A stretch of DNA of 64,000 nucleotides from Vulcanimicrobiota bacterium (GTDB lineage: Bacteria; Vulcanimicrobiota; Vulcanimicrobiia; Vulcanimicrobiales; Vulcanimicrobiaceae): contig CAWAXX010000012.1 in NCBI GenBank assembly GCA_963786105.1, positions 194,999-258,998 of the forward strand, in the 5' to 3' direction. Both the position numbers and the translations under genes were made by a program. Every line of letters begins with the position of its first letter. Within the stretch, counting starts at the first letter, position 1. A model generated the notes under the pieces. The model had not been told where the DNA came from. It did not search any database and saw nothing but the letters and a program-made list of their open reading frames with translations. This document shows positions 11,146 through 21,533 of this stretch, in pieces.

Positions 11146-12552
11146 CTACGGTTTGCGCGGCATCGCACCCTCGACGTGCAGCAAGCGACCCAGCGCGGCG
11201 ACCAGCTTGCGAGCGTTTTCCAGCTGCGTGAATGCCGGAACGAGGGTCGGCGTCGGCGTGCGGCGTTCGAGCGGCAATACCGGCCCGCCCGGGCTGAACT
11301 GCGTCGACGAATAGCCTGCCAGGCTGCGAAAGAGCAGTTCCGCGCCGAGTGCGTTTGCCCAGCCGAACTCGCCGCGCGTGTACCGCCAATAGCCGTCGTC
11401 GTAAAAGCTCTCGTGAATCATTCCGGACTCGCCGTCGGTCTCGGCCAGCGTCGTAATCGCTTCGGCGACCTCCTTCGAGCCGGTCGCCGTCAGGGCGCGG
11501 CCGATAATGCCGAGAGGCCACACGTAGTTCGGTGGTGTGTGTGGGCTTCCGAGCCCTTCGGCATATCGCCCGGAAAAGTAAAACGGGTTGTCGTGGCTCA
11601 GCGTGAAGGCGCGCGTGTTGAGATACGTCGGGTCGAAGGCCGAACACCAGTCGATGTACGGCAAGGTCGTGAGATTCGGCAAGTTTGCGTCGTCCATAAG
11701 GTTGTAGCGACCGTATCCGTCCGTCTCGTAAGCATACATCCAGACGCGCCGCGCGGCGTTATAAAAACGGCCGTGGAGCTGAATTCCGGTCTGCACGCGC
11801 TCGGCGAGCCCGCGCGCGTTTGCAGCCAGCTCGGCGTCGCCGTAGCCGCGCGCCGCCAGCACTTCGATTTCGTGGAGGGCCACCACGGCCAGCGCGTTTT
11901 GCGGAACGTTGAACCGGTACTGAACCGGATCGTCCGACGGCCGAAACGCACCCCAAATCATTCCGGTTCCCTCGGCGTACGCTCCGTTGGTATGAACGTA
12001 ATACGGGTAAACGTAACTGCTGCAGTGGCGATGGTGCTGTTCGCAGGCATAGGTCGAAACGATCTTTCGCAGCGCGACGTGGAGCTCCTGAGTAAAGATG
12101 GTACGATCGCGGCTGACGCGCCAATAGACCCACGTCAAAACGACCGGCCACGCCAGTGAATCCACCTCCCATTTGCGTTCCCAAACGTGATAGTCTGCCT
12201 GAAACGCATTGGCGTACGCGTCGGTTGCAATATTTCGTGCGTTGCGCTCGATAACGCCCGCAAAACGGCCTCGCAAAATAGGAAAAGCCGTCTGGAATCG
12301 CACGTACGGAATGGCCTGGGCCGACGAGTCTCGCAGCCACATCGCGGGAATGTCGCCGGTTTGTACGTACGTCGTAGCGTCGTCTTCCAAAAAGAAGTCG
12401 CTGAACAACGTGTGAAAGAGTCGCTCGGGTTCGACGTCGTGCACCCGCTTGCCGGTCAGCGGTACGACCAGGGCCTGCGCCCCGGCGGGTTGCGGCAGGC
12501 TCAACGCCGGCCATACGGCAAGCGCGCAGAAGAGCAACCGAAGACATCTCAT
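11146..12552 (-). CDS. Glycoside hydrolase family 125 (exo-alpha-1,6-mannosidase-like), secreted
   Basis: TGDIPAMWLRDSSAQ, ERKWEVDS, FRPSDD, MDDAN, GSPHTP, HESF, FGWAN; ATG 12552 overlaps the upstream stop (ATGA). Confidence 0.9.
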   Translation of the reverse strand: MRCLRLLFCALAVWPALSLPQPAGAQALVVPLTGKRVHDVEPERLFHTLFSDFFLEDDATTYVQTGDIPAMWLRDSSAQAIPYVRFQTAFPILRGRFAGVIERNARNIATDAYANAFQADYHVWERKWEVDSLAWPVVLTWVYWRVSRDRTIFTQELHVALRKIVSTYACEQHHRHCSSYVYPYYVHTNGAYAEGTGMIWGAFRPSDDPVQYRFNVPQNALAVVALHEIEVLAARGYGDAELAANARGLAERVQTGIQLHGRFYNAARRVWMYAYETDGYGRYNLMDDANLPNLTTLPYIDWCSAFDPTYLNTRAFTLSHDNPFYFSGRYAEGLGSPHTPPNYVWPLGIIGRALTATGSKEVAEAITTLAETDGESGMIHESFYDDGYWRYTRGEFGWANALGAELLFRSLAGYSSTQFSPGGPVLPLERRTPTPTLVPAFTQLENARKLVAALGRLLHVEGAMPRKP

Positions 12553-13799
12553 TCGACGGGCATCAACGACAAGGACTCGATAGCTTCGTCTTTGCGGTAT
12601 CCGACGGTTGCCCACCATTGGCCGGACGAAAACGTCAAGCGGTATTTATCGTACGTCGCGCCGCGCGCGGTGGAGCGCTCGATGAATTCCACGGATTGGA
12701 GGGCGCCGAAGGAGGCGTAGCGTGTACTCCGGACGACTTCTTTCAACTCGGACGTTATACGCAGATTCTCGTTCTGTGGCGGCTGCGGCGCCGATCCCGA
12801 CAGGTTTCGGTCTAAGGGTTCGTCCAAAATCGCAACGACGCTCTCGGCCAATGGCGTCAAATCGACCGCTTCTGCGTTCGTGAGAACGGCGATCTCTAAC
12901 CCGTCCTGTAGCACGAGCGCGTCTTCGGCGGAAAAGCCGGCGACGTATCCCGGATGCTCGGCGACGGTGTAACCGAACCAGTTGGCAATAAAGAACCCGA
13001 AGCCGTAGTGGATCGGCGCGCCGTTTGCGAGCTTGCCGGTCGCCGTCATCGTTGCAAACGAGCTCGGCGGAACGATGCGCCCGGCGCGCAAATCCTCGAG
13101 CCAATTCAGAAGGTCGGCGGCGTTCGAAACCAGTCCGGCCGAAGCGCAGCCGGCATCGTCGATTCGGCCCTCGTACGGCATCGTTTCCTGCCGGCCGGCA
13201 TGCCACGTGTAACCCCGCGCGACATTCTGCGCAAAAGGCGAAGGCGTGCAGGCGGTCGAGAGGAGTGAAAGGGGGCCGGTGATCCGGGCGCGCAGGAGCG
13301 CCGAATATCCGGAGCCGGTCACGGCGTGTAACAGCGTTCCGAGCAAATCGTAGTTGGCGTTGCTGTAGAGCCACGCAGTACCCGGATCGAAGGCGAGCGT
13401 CGCGTGGCTCGCATCGGTTGCCGGCGCGATGCCGCTGGTTTGGTCGAGCAACTGTCCGATCGTCACGGTTGTCGTACCGTCGATCGCCGACGGAAGATAC
13501 GAGCCTAAGGAACGATTCAGCGCCACCCGTCCAGCCGCCGCCTCCTGCATCACCATCGCTGCGGTAAACTGCTTGGCCAGCGAGCCTGCGCGATAGATCG
13601 TGTAGCCGTCGGGCGACTGGCCGGTAGCTGCATTGCGCCGGCCATACCCGCGCAAGTACAAGCGCGTGCCCTTGCGCGCAATTCCCAGCGAAAGACCGGC
13701 AACGTGCTGCTCGCGCATCACCCGGCCGACGATTGCGTCGACCTGCGCTCGTTGCGCGTGCGAGAGCGAGAGGGCACCCGCCAACACCAGATGCGTCAC
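12549..13799 (-). CDS. Serine hydrolase, beta-lactamase/AmpC-like family
   Basis: SxxK (GSLAKQF), YSN and HPG motifs. Confidence 0.85.
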   Translation of the reverse strand: MTHLVLAGALSLSHAQRAQVDAIVGRVMREQHVAGLSLGIARKGTRLYLRGYGRRNAATGQSPDGYTIYRAGSLAKQFTAAMVMQEAAAGRVALNRSLGSYLPSAIDGTTTVTIGQLLDQTSGIAPATDASHATLAFDPGTAWLYSNANYDLLGTLLHAVTGSGYSALLRARITGPLSLLSTACTPSPFAQNVARGYTWHAGRQETMPYEGRIDDAGCASAGLVSNAADLLNWLEDLRAGRIVPPSSFATMTATGKLANGAPIHYGFGFFIANWFGYTVAEHPGYVAGFSAEDALVLQDGLEIAVLTNAEAVDLTPLAESVVAILDEPLDRNLSGSAPQPPQNENLRITSELKEVVRSTRYASFGALQSVEFIERSTARGATYDKYRLTFSSGQWWATVGYRKDEAIESLSLMPVE

Positions 13800-13803
13800 G
13801 TCT

Positions 13804-15201
13804 TTAGTGTCGCGAATGCGCCCTGAGCAGGTACCCCAGCGTCGTGTTGAGCTCGGCGGTGTCGTAGAGTTGGGTCGAAAGCGTGGTGATCGTTGGGATC
13901 TCGCTCACGTGCTCGAGCGGCACGATGGTCGCGAGCGGCGCAAACGAAATAACGCGGTACCCCGCGACCGTGCGAAAGAGCAAGTCGGCCCAGAAAGCGT
14001 TCGCCCAGCCGAATTCTGGGCGCGTGAAGCGCGACGGATCGTTGGGATCGACCGACTCGTGCATCAACCCGTTGAGCGTGTCGCTTTCGTCGAGCATGTC
14101 GATGCCGTGGGCGATGTCGCTGCGGCTGCGCGTGGTAATCGCGGCGCCAATGATGCCGAGCGGCCACACCCATCCCGCCGGCGTATGCGGGCTCCCTAAG
14201 CCGGTCGCATACTTCCCCGAGTAATAGTACGGATTCGCCGAGCTGAGCGTAAAACTGCGGGTGTCCAGGTAGACGGGATCGTCGGTCGCGCACCAGCCGA
14301 TGTAGGGGAGGGCCGTGAGATTGGGGATGTTGGCGTCGTCCATGAGGTTGTCGTTGCCGTAACCATCGGTTTCGTAGGCGTACATCCATCCGTGCGTGGA
14401 GTCCCACGCGCGTCCGTATCGCTCGATTCCAACCTGGACTTGGTCCGCGAGCGTCGTTGCGCCGCTCGCCAGCTTCGCATCGCCGAAAGCCTCGCGTGCG
14501 AAGCGCGCCAGCAAGCGCATGGCGACGACCGCGAAGGCGTTTTGCGGGATATTGAAGCGATAGGTCACCGGATCGTCGGAAGGCCGGAAAGCGCTCCAGA
14601 TCATGCCCGTATTCGGGTTATAGTTCTCGTGCGTCGGTACCGGCTGCGGCCACGAGTAGTGACTGCACGTCGCATGATGTTGCTCGCATTGCAGCGTCGA
14701 GACGATCGTTTGCAGCGCCCGGTGGAAAACCGGCGTGAAGATCGTGCGATCGCGCGTGTTCGCGTAGTAGATGAACGCGAGGGCGACTGGCCAAGCCAGC
14801 GAATCGATTTCCCATTTACCTTCCCAAACGTGGTAGTCGGCGCTGAACGCCTCGGCGTGCGGATCGACGAGGACGTTTTTTGCATCGCGCTGGACGACCC
14901 CGAAGAACTCGTAGCGCAGCGTAGGGTAGGCACCTACGAATCGTATGTACGGAATCGTCTGCGCCGCGGAATCCCGCAGCCACATCGCCGGGATATCGCC
15001 GGTTTGCACGTACGTCGTGCCGTCGCTTTCGTGAAAAAAGTCGGCAAAGAATTCCTGGAAGAGGGTAGCGGTTTGAATTGGCCTGATGTGAGATTCGACC
15101 GGGATGTTCAGCGTTTGCGCACGCGCCGGAGATATAGCGGCCAATGCGTACCCAACGCCGAGTGTCAACACGGCTATTCGCCGAGAGACCGCTCTCGTCA
15201 T
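13804..15201 (-). CDS. Glycoside hydrolase family 125, second paralogue, secreted
   Basis: Same GH125 motifs (TGDIPAMWLRDS, FRPSDD, MDDAN, GSPHTP, HES, FGWAN); signal peptide after ATG 15201. Confidence 0.9.
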   Translation of the reverse strand: MTRAVSRRIAVLTLGVGYALAAISPARAQTLNIPVESHIRPIQTATLFQEFFADFFHESDGTTYVQTGDIPAMWLRDSAAQTIPYIRFVGAYPTLRYEFFGVVQRDAKNVLVDPHAEAFSADYHVWEGKWEIDSLAWPVALAFIYYANTRDRTIFTPVFHRALQTIVSTLQCEQHHATCSHYSWPQPVPTHENYNPNTGMIWSAFRPSDDPVTYRFNIPQNAFAVVAMRLLARFAREAFGDAKLASGATTLADQVQVGIERYGRAWDSTHGWMYAYETDGYGNDNLMDDANIPNLTALPYIGWCATDDPVYLDTRSFTLSSANPYYYSGKYATGLGSPHTPAGWVWPLGIIGAAITTRSRSDIAHGIDMLDESDTLNGLMHESVDPNDPSRFTRPEFGWANAFWADLLFRTVAGYRVISFAPLATIVPLEHVSEIPTITTLSTQLYDTAELNTTLGYLLRAHSRH

Positions 15202-15314
15202 GAGATCGAATCGTTCGCCTCGCGACTCCCTTGGCCCCTTGAGCGGTTTGTCGCCGGACTCCCAGGCAGGGCCGTTCGCGGGTCGACAGCAATCATCGAG
15301 ACGGGACACCAGCC

Positions 15315-16304
15315 TTGAATCGACAGACTTCCGGCGAACTTTTACGCGACTTCTACGATCGCAAGCCGCGCGCGTTGGCGCGCGCAATTTCGTGGGCCGA
15401 GGCCGGTCGCGCGGCGGAGCTGATCCGCACGCTGTACCCGCAAACCGGGCGCGCGACGACGATCGGACTAACCGGCCCGCCGGGCGTTGGGAAATCCACG
15501 CTGTCGTCGGCGCTGGTGCGTAAGGCGCGAACGCTCGGCAAAACCGTCGGCGTCGTCTCGGTCGATCCGACGTCGCCGTTTTCGCACGGCGCGCTGCTCG
15601 GCGATCGCATTCGGTTGACCGAGCATTTCACCGACGATGGCGTGTTCATTCGATCGATGGCCAGCCGAGGTCATCTTGGCGGCGTCGCCGGCGCTACGGC
15701 CGATTCGGTGCTTCTCATGGACGCCTTCGGTCTGGACGTGGTGCTGATCGAAACGGTCGGCGTCGGTCAGAGCGAAATCGAAGTCGCCGAACTCGCGAAC
15801 ACGACGCTGGTCGCGCTGCAACCAGGTAGCGGCGATTCGATTCAGGTGCTCAAAGCCGGGATCATGGAGATTGCCGACGTCTTCGTGGTCAACAAGGCCG
15901 ACCATCCGATGGCCAACCAACTGCGGCGCGAGATCCGCTCGATGATGGAGATGTTGAGTTTCCCCGGTTGGGTGCCCGAACTGGTGATGACGCAGGCGCT
16001 GACCGGCGAGGGTATCGACGATTTATGGGCGGCCGTCGAGCGGCACGTCGCCTATTTGAATTCGACCGGCGAGATCGACGAACGGCGGCGCGAAGCGTTT
16101 TTACATCAAGTGCGCCAGCTGTCGCTCGGCCGTCTCGAGCGGCGGCTCGACGGCGTCTTGCAGCGCGAGCCGGTGGCCGGCATCGATCCATACGCGGCGG
16201 CCGATCGCGTGCTTGCGACGTTTGGCATACCCGCTACGGAGGAAGTGGGCGACGGCTCCCGGCCGCCTGGGCGGCCGCGTGCCATCGTCAAAGGGCTCAC
16301 CTGA
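15315..16304 (+). CDS. meaB: Acyl-CoA mutase-associated GTPase MeaB/ArgK
   Basis: GPPGVGKST, VDPTSP, LLGDRIR, ETVGVGQSE, NKAD. Confidence 0.93.
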   Translation: MNRQTSGELLRDFYDRKPRALARAISWAEAGRAAELIRTLYPQTGRATTIGLTGPPGVGKSTLSSALVRKARTLGKTVGVVSVDPTSPFSHGALLGDRIRLTEHFTDDGVFIRSMASRGHLGGVAGATADSVLLMDAFGLDVVLIETVGVGQSEIEVAELANTTLVALQPGSGDSIQVLKAGIMEIADVFVVNKADHPMANQLRREIRSMMEMLSFPGWVPELVMTQALTGEGIDDLWAAVERHVAYLNSTGEIDERRREAFLHQVRQLSLGRLERRLDGVLQREPVAGIDPYAAADRVLATFGIPATEEVGDGSRPPGRPRAIVKGLT

Positions 16305-16426
16305 AACGGCATCCCAGTCGTGGCGGTTGGGAGAATCGAGCGCTTCGTCGAAGCGTATAGGCTTCGACACGTTGAGAGGGCGAGGAGCGCAAAAGCGCGA
16401 TTCGCCATCTGTGGAAGAGGATCGAC

Positions 16427-18139
16427 TTGGCCAAGATGATCGAGCGTCCAACCGGTTTGGGCGCTCAGGCGAACCCGGAGTTCGAAGAAGAGAAGCAGCG
16501 CTGGGAACGGACGTCCGCAAAGGGAAAGCGGAGGAAGGGCCCCGGTTCGGGTGCGGTCGATCGCACCATCTCCGACGTTCCGCTTAAAACCGTCTACGGT
16601 CCCGAGGACGTCGCGCATCTCGATTTGGCCCGTGACCTCGCGTGGCCGGGCGAGTTTCCTTACACCCGCGGCATCCACCCCAACGGTTATCGGGACCGTC
16701 TTTGGACGATGCGCCAGTTCGCCGGTTTTGGAACCGCCAAGCAAACCAATGAACGCTATCACTTTCTTCTCGAACAGGGGCAGCACGGTCTCTCGGTTGC
16801 CTTCGACATGCCGACGCTGATGGGTTACGACTCCGACGCACCGCAAGCGCTCGGGGAAGTCGGCAAGTGCGGCGTTGCGATCGATTCGCTGGCCGACATG
16901 GAAGTACTCTTTGCCGGCATCGACATGGCCGACATCACCACCTCGATGACGATCAACGGGCCGGCGGCGATTGCGGTGGCGCAGTACATCGCCGCCGCCG
17001 AAAAGAAGGGCATCCCGCGTGCCAAACTCGGCGGCACGATCCAGGCGGATATCCTCAAAGAGTATATCGCGCAAAAGGAATGGATCTTTCCGCCGCGTCC
17101 TCATATGCGCGTGATCGTCGATATGATCGAGTTTTGCACGCGCGAAATGCCGAAGTGGAATACGATTTCGATCTCCGGCTACCACATCCGGGAAGCGGGA
17201 TCGACTGCGGCGCAAGAACTGGCATTTACCTTGGCCGACGGCTTCGCCTACGTCGAGGCCTGCATCGAGGCGGGTATGGACGTGGATGCGTTTGCGCCGC
17301 GGCTGTCGTATTTCTTCAACTCGCACGTCGACTTCTTCGAGGAGATTGCGAAATTTCGCGCCGCGCGCCGGATCTACGCGCGCCACATGCGCGACCGGTT
17401 CGGCGCCAAGAACCCGAAGTCGTGGCAACTGCGCTTTCACACGCAAACGGCCGGCTGCAGCGCTACCGCACAGCAACCGGAAAATAACATCGTACGCGTC
17501 GCCTTCGAAGCGATGGCGGCCGTATTGGGCGGCACCCAATCGCTGCACACCAACTCTATGGACGAAGTTCTTGCGCTGCCAACCGAAAAATCGGTCGAGA
17601 TCGCGCTGCGAACGCAGCAAGTCTTGGCCTACGAGACCAACGTTACCAACGTCGTCGACCCGCTCGGTGGATCCTACTACGTCGAGGCGCTCACCGACGA
17701 GATGGAGCGCCAAGCCGAGGCGTACTTCGCGCAGATCGCCGAATACGGCGGCGTCGTCGAAGCTATCGAAGCCGGTTTCTTCCAAAAGGAAATTGCCGAG
17801 GCCTCGTATCGTTATCAGCGTTCGATCGAGAGCAAGGATCGCGTCATCGTCGGAGTCAACGGGTTCGTGCGCGATGGCGAGCAAGTCGAGATGGACTTGC
17901 TCAAGATCACTCAGGAGATGGAACGCGAGCAAGCGCGCTCGGTGCAAACGATTCGAAAGAATCGCGATGGAGCGGCCGTGCAGCGAACGCTGGAGCGGCT
18001 ACAAGTCGCGTGCCGCGATCCCAAGGACAACCTGATGCCGCACCTCATCGATTGCGTCAACGCCTACTGTACCGAGGGCGAAATCGTCGAGGCGATGGTC
18101 AAGGTCTACGGGCGCTACACCGAACGCTCGGTGTTTTAG
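16427..18139 (+). CDS. B12-dependent acyl-CoA mutase large subunit, isobutyryl-CoA-mutase (IcmA) type
   Basis: [43 protein letters not shown]; no fused B12-binding domain. Confidence 0.88.
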   Translation: MAKMIERPTGLGAQANPEFEEEKQRWERTSAKGKRRKGPGSGAVDRTISDVPLKTVYGPEDVAHLDLARDLAWPGEFPYTRGIHPNGYRDRLWTMRQFAGFGTAKQTNERYHFLLEQGQHGLSVAFDMPTLMGYDSDAPQALGEVGKCGVAIDSLADMEVLFAGIDMADITTSMTINGPAAIAVAQYIAAAEKKGIPRAKLGGTIQADILKEYIAQKEWIFPPRPHMRVIVDMIEFCTREMPKWNTISISGYHIREAGSTAAQELAFTLADGFAYVEACIEAGMDVDAFAPRLSYFFNSHVDFFEEIAKFRAARRIYARHMRDRFGAKNPKSWQLRFHTQTAGCSATAQQPENNIVRVAFEAMAAVLGGTQSLHTNSMDEVLALPTEKSVEIALRTQQVLAYETNVTNVVDPLGGSYYVEALTDEMERQAEAYFAQIAEYGGVVEAIEAGFFQKEIAEASYRYQRSIESKDRVIVGVNGFVRDGEQVEMDLLKITQEMEREQARSVQTIRKNRDGAAVQRTLERLQVACRDPKDNLMPHLIDCVNAYCTEGEIVEAMVKVYGRYTERSVF

Positions 18140-18289
18140 ATGAAACGATTTTCAACCGACATCGAACGTCATCGCGCGCGCCGTACGCTCTCGGAGGTCA
18201 AGCAGAAGCTTGAGGAAGCGTTGCGTTTGAGCCAGCTGCTCAACGAAAGGGATCATGAACAAGCGACCGCTGCGAATCGTCATCGCTAA
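18140..18289 (+). CDS. Putative 49-aa helical protein between the mutase subunits
   Basis: ATG directly follows the mutase TAG; MKRFSTDIERHRARRTLSEVKQKLEEALRLSQLLNERDHEQATAANRHR; below the ORF-track cutoff. Confidence 0.4.
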   Translation: MKRFSTDIERHRARRTLSEVKQKLEEALRLSQLLNERDHEQATAANRHR

Positions 18290-18668
18290 GGCCGGCCTCG
18301 ACGGTCACGACCGTGGTGCCAAGGTCATCGCGCGGGCGTTGCGCGATGCCGGGATGGAAGTGATCTATACGGGACTTTTTCAGACTCCCGAGCAGATCGT
18401 CCGTACCGCGATTCAGGAAGATGCCGACGGCATCGGCCTTTCGATTCTCTCGGGCGCCCATATGACGTTGTTTCCGCTGGTCGTCGAACAACTCAAAGCA
18501 CAGGACGGCGACATCGTCTTTTTCGGCGGCGGAACCATCCCGCCCGAGGACGCCGTGGCCCTCAAGCAGGCCGGCGTTCGAGAGATCTTCACGCCGGGCG
18601 CGCCGCTCGCGCAAATCATCGAGTTCGTCGAGCGCGAATGCGGCCGTCGCCGCGAACTCGTTGGCTAG
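18255..18668 (+). CDS. Cobalamin-binding small subunit of acyl-CoA mutase
   Basis: AKAGLDGHDRGAK (DxHxxG), GLSILSGAH, GGG. Confidence 0.93.
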   Translation: MNKRPLRIVIAKAGLDGHDRGAKVIARALRDAGMEVIYTGLFQTPEQIVRTAIQEDADGIGLSILSGAHMTLFPLVVEQLKAQDGDIVFFGGGTIPPEDAVALKQAGVREIFTPGAPLAQIIEFVERECGRRRELVG

Positions 18669-20148
18669 CTCGCCGGTCCGCACTCGAGTCGCGCCGTCTC
18701 CGACCGGCGACCCGCACGTCGGCACCGCCTACGTCGCGCTCATCAACTACTGCTTTGCGAAGAAGCACGGCGGCCAGTTCGTATTGCGCATCGAAGATAC
18801 CGATCGAGCGCGGAGCACGGACGAAAGCGAGAGCGCCATTCTCGACGCGCTCCACTGGTGCGGGCTCGCGTGGGACGAAGGGCCGGACGTCGGCGGACCG
18901 CACGGACCCTATCGCCAGAGCGAACGCTCTTCAATCTATCGCCGATACGTCGACGAGTTGCTCGATGCCGGCCGTGCGTTCAAGTGCTTCTGCACTGCGC
19001 AACGATTGGAAGAAATGCGCGTCGCCCAGCGAGCCGCCGGACAGCCGCCGCGCTACGACGGACTTTGCTTGACGTACTCCCGGGAAGAAATTGCACGCCG
19101 GGAAGCGGCCGGCGAGACCTTCGTCGTGCGCCTCAAAGTTCCCGATGACGGCGTCTGCATCGTCGACGACCTGCGCCGCGGTCCGATCGAGTTTGAGTGG
19201 AAGAGCGTCGACATGCAGGTGCTGCTCAAGTCCGACGGTCTTCCGACCTATCACCTGGCCAACGTCGTCGACGATCATCTCATGGAAATCACGCACGTTT
19301 TTCGCGGCGAGGAGTGGGTTTCGAGCGCGCCCAAACACCTGCTGCTCTATTCGTATTTCGGTTGGCAGCCACCCAAGCTCGTTCACCTGCCGCTCTTGCG
19401 CAACCCCGACAAGAGTAAACTGAGCAAGCGCAAAAATCCGACCGGGATTTTGTTCTACAAAGCGCTGGGGTACTTACCGGAGGCGCTGATCAACTTTCTC
19501 GGACTCCTGGCGAATGCCGCGCATGAGGGCGATGGGGAGCTGATGGACCTTGCGACGCTCGTGCGGCGCTTCGAACTGGAGCACGTTCCGACCGGAGGCC
19601 CGGTGTTCGACGTGGCCAAACTCGATTGGCTCAACGGCCGGTACTTGCGCGAGAAGCTCGATCCGGCGGCGTTCGCAGACGCGGCCCAACAATGGGCCTC
19701 CCTTACTCCGGAACGCCGGATGCGAATCGCAGCGCTCGCGCAACCGCGCGTCGAGCGTTTCAGCGACCTCGGCCCGCTGCTCGCGTTCCTGTTTGCCGGG
19801 CGGCTGCCGCTGCGTGTCGAGGATCTGCGGGCCGGGGCAAAACTCGACGACGCGTCGGTGCGCCGGGCACTCGCGCTCGCACTCTGGGAACTCGACGCGC
19901 TACCGGAGTGGACCGTCGCCGGCATCGAAACGACGATCAAACGCATTGCCGACGTCGTCGGAAAGAAGGTTCGCGAGGTCGCGCGCCCGTTCTACGTGGC
20001 GATCACCGGAAGCCCGACCTCGATTCCGCTTTACGATTCGATGGAGTTGCTCGGGCGCGATATCGTGCGCGAGCGTTTACGCAACGCACTGGAACTGCTG
20101 GGTGCGCCGAGCAAGCGCGAGCAGGAAGAGTGGAAGGCCGGCGTATGA
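18661..20148 (+). CDS. gltX: Glutamate--tRNA ligase
   Basis: RVAPSPTGDPHVG, LRIEDTD, KLSKR. Confidence 0.96.
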   Translation: MASSPVRTRVAPSPTGDPHVGTAYVALINYCFAKKHGGQFVLRIEDTDRARSTDESESAILDALHWCGLAWDEGPDVGGPHGPYRQSERSSIYRRYVDELLDAGRAFKCFCTAQRLEEMRVAQRAAGQPPRYDGLCLTYSREEIARREAAGETFVVRLKVPDDGVCIVDDLRRGPIEFEWKSVDMQVLLKSDGLPTYHLANVVDDHLMEITHVFRGEEWVSSAPKHLLLYSYFGWQPPKLVHLPLLRNPDKSKLSKRKNPTGILFYKALGYLPEALINFLGLLANAAHEGDGELMDLATLVRRFELEHVPTGGPVFDVAKLDWLNGRYLREKLDPAAFADAAQQWASLTPERRMRIAALAQPRVERFSDLGPLLAFLFAGRLPLRVEDLRAGAKLDDASVRRALALALWELDALPEWTVAGIETTIKRIADVVGKKVREVARPFYVAITGSPTSIPLYDSMELLGRDIVRERLRNALELLGAPSKREQEEWKAGV

Positions 20149-21494
20149 TTCGAGCGATCCTATTAGCCGCCGGCAAAGGTACGCGCATGAAGAGCGCGCG
20201 CCCGAAGGTGCTGCACGAAGTGTGCGGTCGCCCGATGCTGTGGTTCGTACTGCGCGCGCTGCGCGCCGCCGGCGTCGACGACATCGTCGTCGTAACCAGC
20301 CCCGACCTTCAGGACCTGATCGGCGATTTGGGAGTCAAAGGCGTCGTCCAACCCGAGCAGCGCGGCACCGGCGACGCGGTGAAGATCGCGCTCGAGCAGC
20401 TGACGCCGCACCCGCTCGGTCGCATTCTTGTGGCCTACGGCGACATGCCGCTGGTTTCCGAAGCGGCGTTCGACGCGGTGCGTTCCGCGTTAGAGGGATC
20501 GGCGGGACGCGACGCTCCAGCGGCGATGGCGCTGGTCGCCGTGAAAATGCCGCTGCCGTCAAACTTCGGCCGCATCGTGCGCGAAGGGCATAACGTCGCT
20601 CGCATCGTCGAAGCGCGCGACGCGACTCCGGAAGAGCTCGAAATCGACGAAATGAATGCGGGCATCTACGCTTTCGACGAAACCGAGTTGCGCGAGGCCA
20701 TTCCGCATCTGAGTAACGACAACGCGCAAGGCGAATACTACCTGACGGACCTCGTCGATCGCTTCGTCACGCACGGCAAACGCGTGAGTCCGGTGTCGTC
20801 CGACGATCATCTCAGTGCCCTCGGGATCAACGATCGGGTCGAGCTGGCACGCGCGCGGCGGGAAATGAACGCGCGCCTGTGCGAACGGCACATGCGCGAC
20901 GGCGTGACCGTCATCGATCCCGCGACGACTTACCTCGAGCCGGAGCTGACGATCGGCCGCGATACCGTCGTCTACCCCAATACCGCGATTTCGCGACTGA
21001 CGGAGATCGGCGACGGTTGCACGATCGGCCCGAGCTCCCGGCTCTCGAATGCGAAGATCGGACCGGGCGTCACCGTTCGCGAGAGCGTCGTCATCGATTC
21101 GGTCGTAGGCGCCGGAACGATCGTCGGGCCGTACGCGCACGTCCGCGGCGAGTCGGTCTTAGGCGAGGACGTGCGTATCGGGAATTTCGTCGAGATCAAG
21201 AAGTCCGACCTCGCAACCGGCGTAAAGGCCGGTCATCTCACGTATCTCGGCGACGCAGTCGTCGGTAGCGAGACGAACGTCGGCGCCGGAACGATCACGT
21301 GCAACTACGACGGTTTGAACAAGAATCCGACCGTCATCGGACGCGACGCATTCATCGGTTCGAACTCGTCGCTGGTCGCGCCCGTTTCCATCGGCGACGG
21401 AGCGCTGACCGGGGCGGGCGCGGTCGTCACCCACGACGTTCCGCCGGGCGAACGCGTCGCCGGCAACCCGGCGCGGCCGCTGCCGAAGAAATAG
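20145..21494 (+). CDS. glmU: Bifunctional UDP-GlcNAc pyrophosphorylase/acetyltransferase
   Basis: LAAGKGTRMKS, EYYLTD, hexapeptide repeats, GNFVEIKK, TCNYDG; true start ATG 20145. Confidence 0.96.
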   Translation: MIRAILLAAGKGTRMKSARPKVLHEVCGRPMLWFVLRALRAAGVDDIVVVTSPDLQDLIGDLGVKGVVQPEQRGTGDAVKIALEQLTPHPLGRILVAYGDMPLVSEAAFDAVRSALEGSAGRDAPAAMALVAVKMPLPSNFGRIVREGHNVARIVEARDATPEELEIDEMNAGIYAFDETELREAIPHLSNDNAQGEYYLTDLVDRFVTHGKRVSPVSSDDHLSALGINDRVELARARREMNARLCERHMRDGVTVIDPATTYLEPELTIGRDTVVYPNTAISRLTEIGDGCTIGPSSRLSNAKIGPGVTVRESVVIDSVVGAGTIVGPYAHVRGESVLGEDVRIGNFVEIKKSDLATGVKAGHLTYLGDAVVGSETNVGAGTITCNYDGLNKNPTVIGRDAFIGSNSSLVAPVSIGDGALTGAGAVVTHDVPPGERVAGNPARPLPKK

Positions 21495-21533
21495 CGTCGC
21501 GAGCGACGGTCCGCTCGGGCACTTTCCGAGGGC

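Noticed and set aside
19626..20144. N-terminal extension of GlmU in the ORF track (similar extensions on tricorn, birA, GH125 and rplY)
   Set aside because: They overlap neighbouring genes or precede the conserved N-terminus; starts were reassigned
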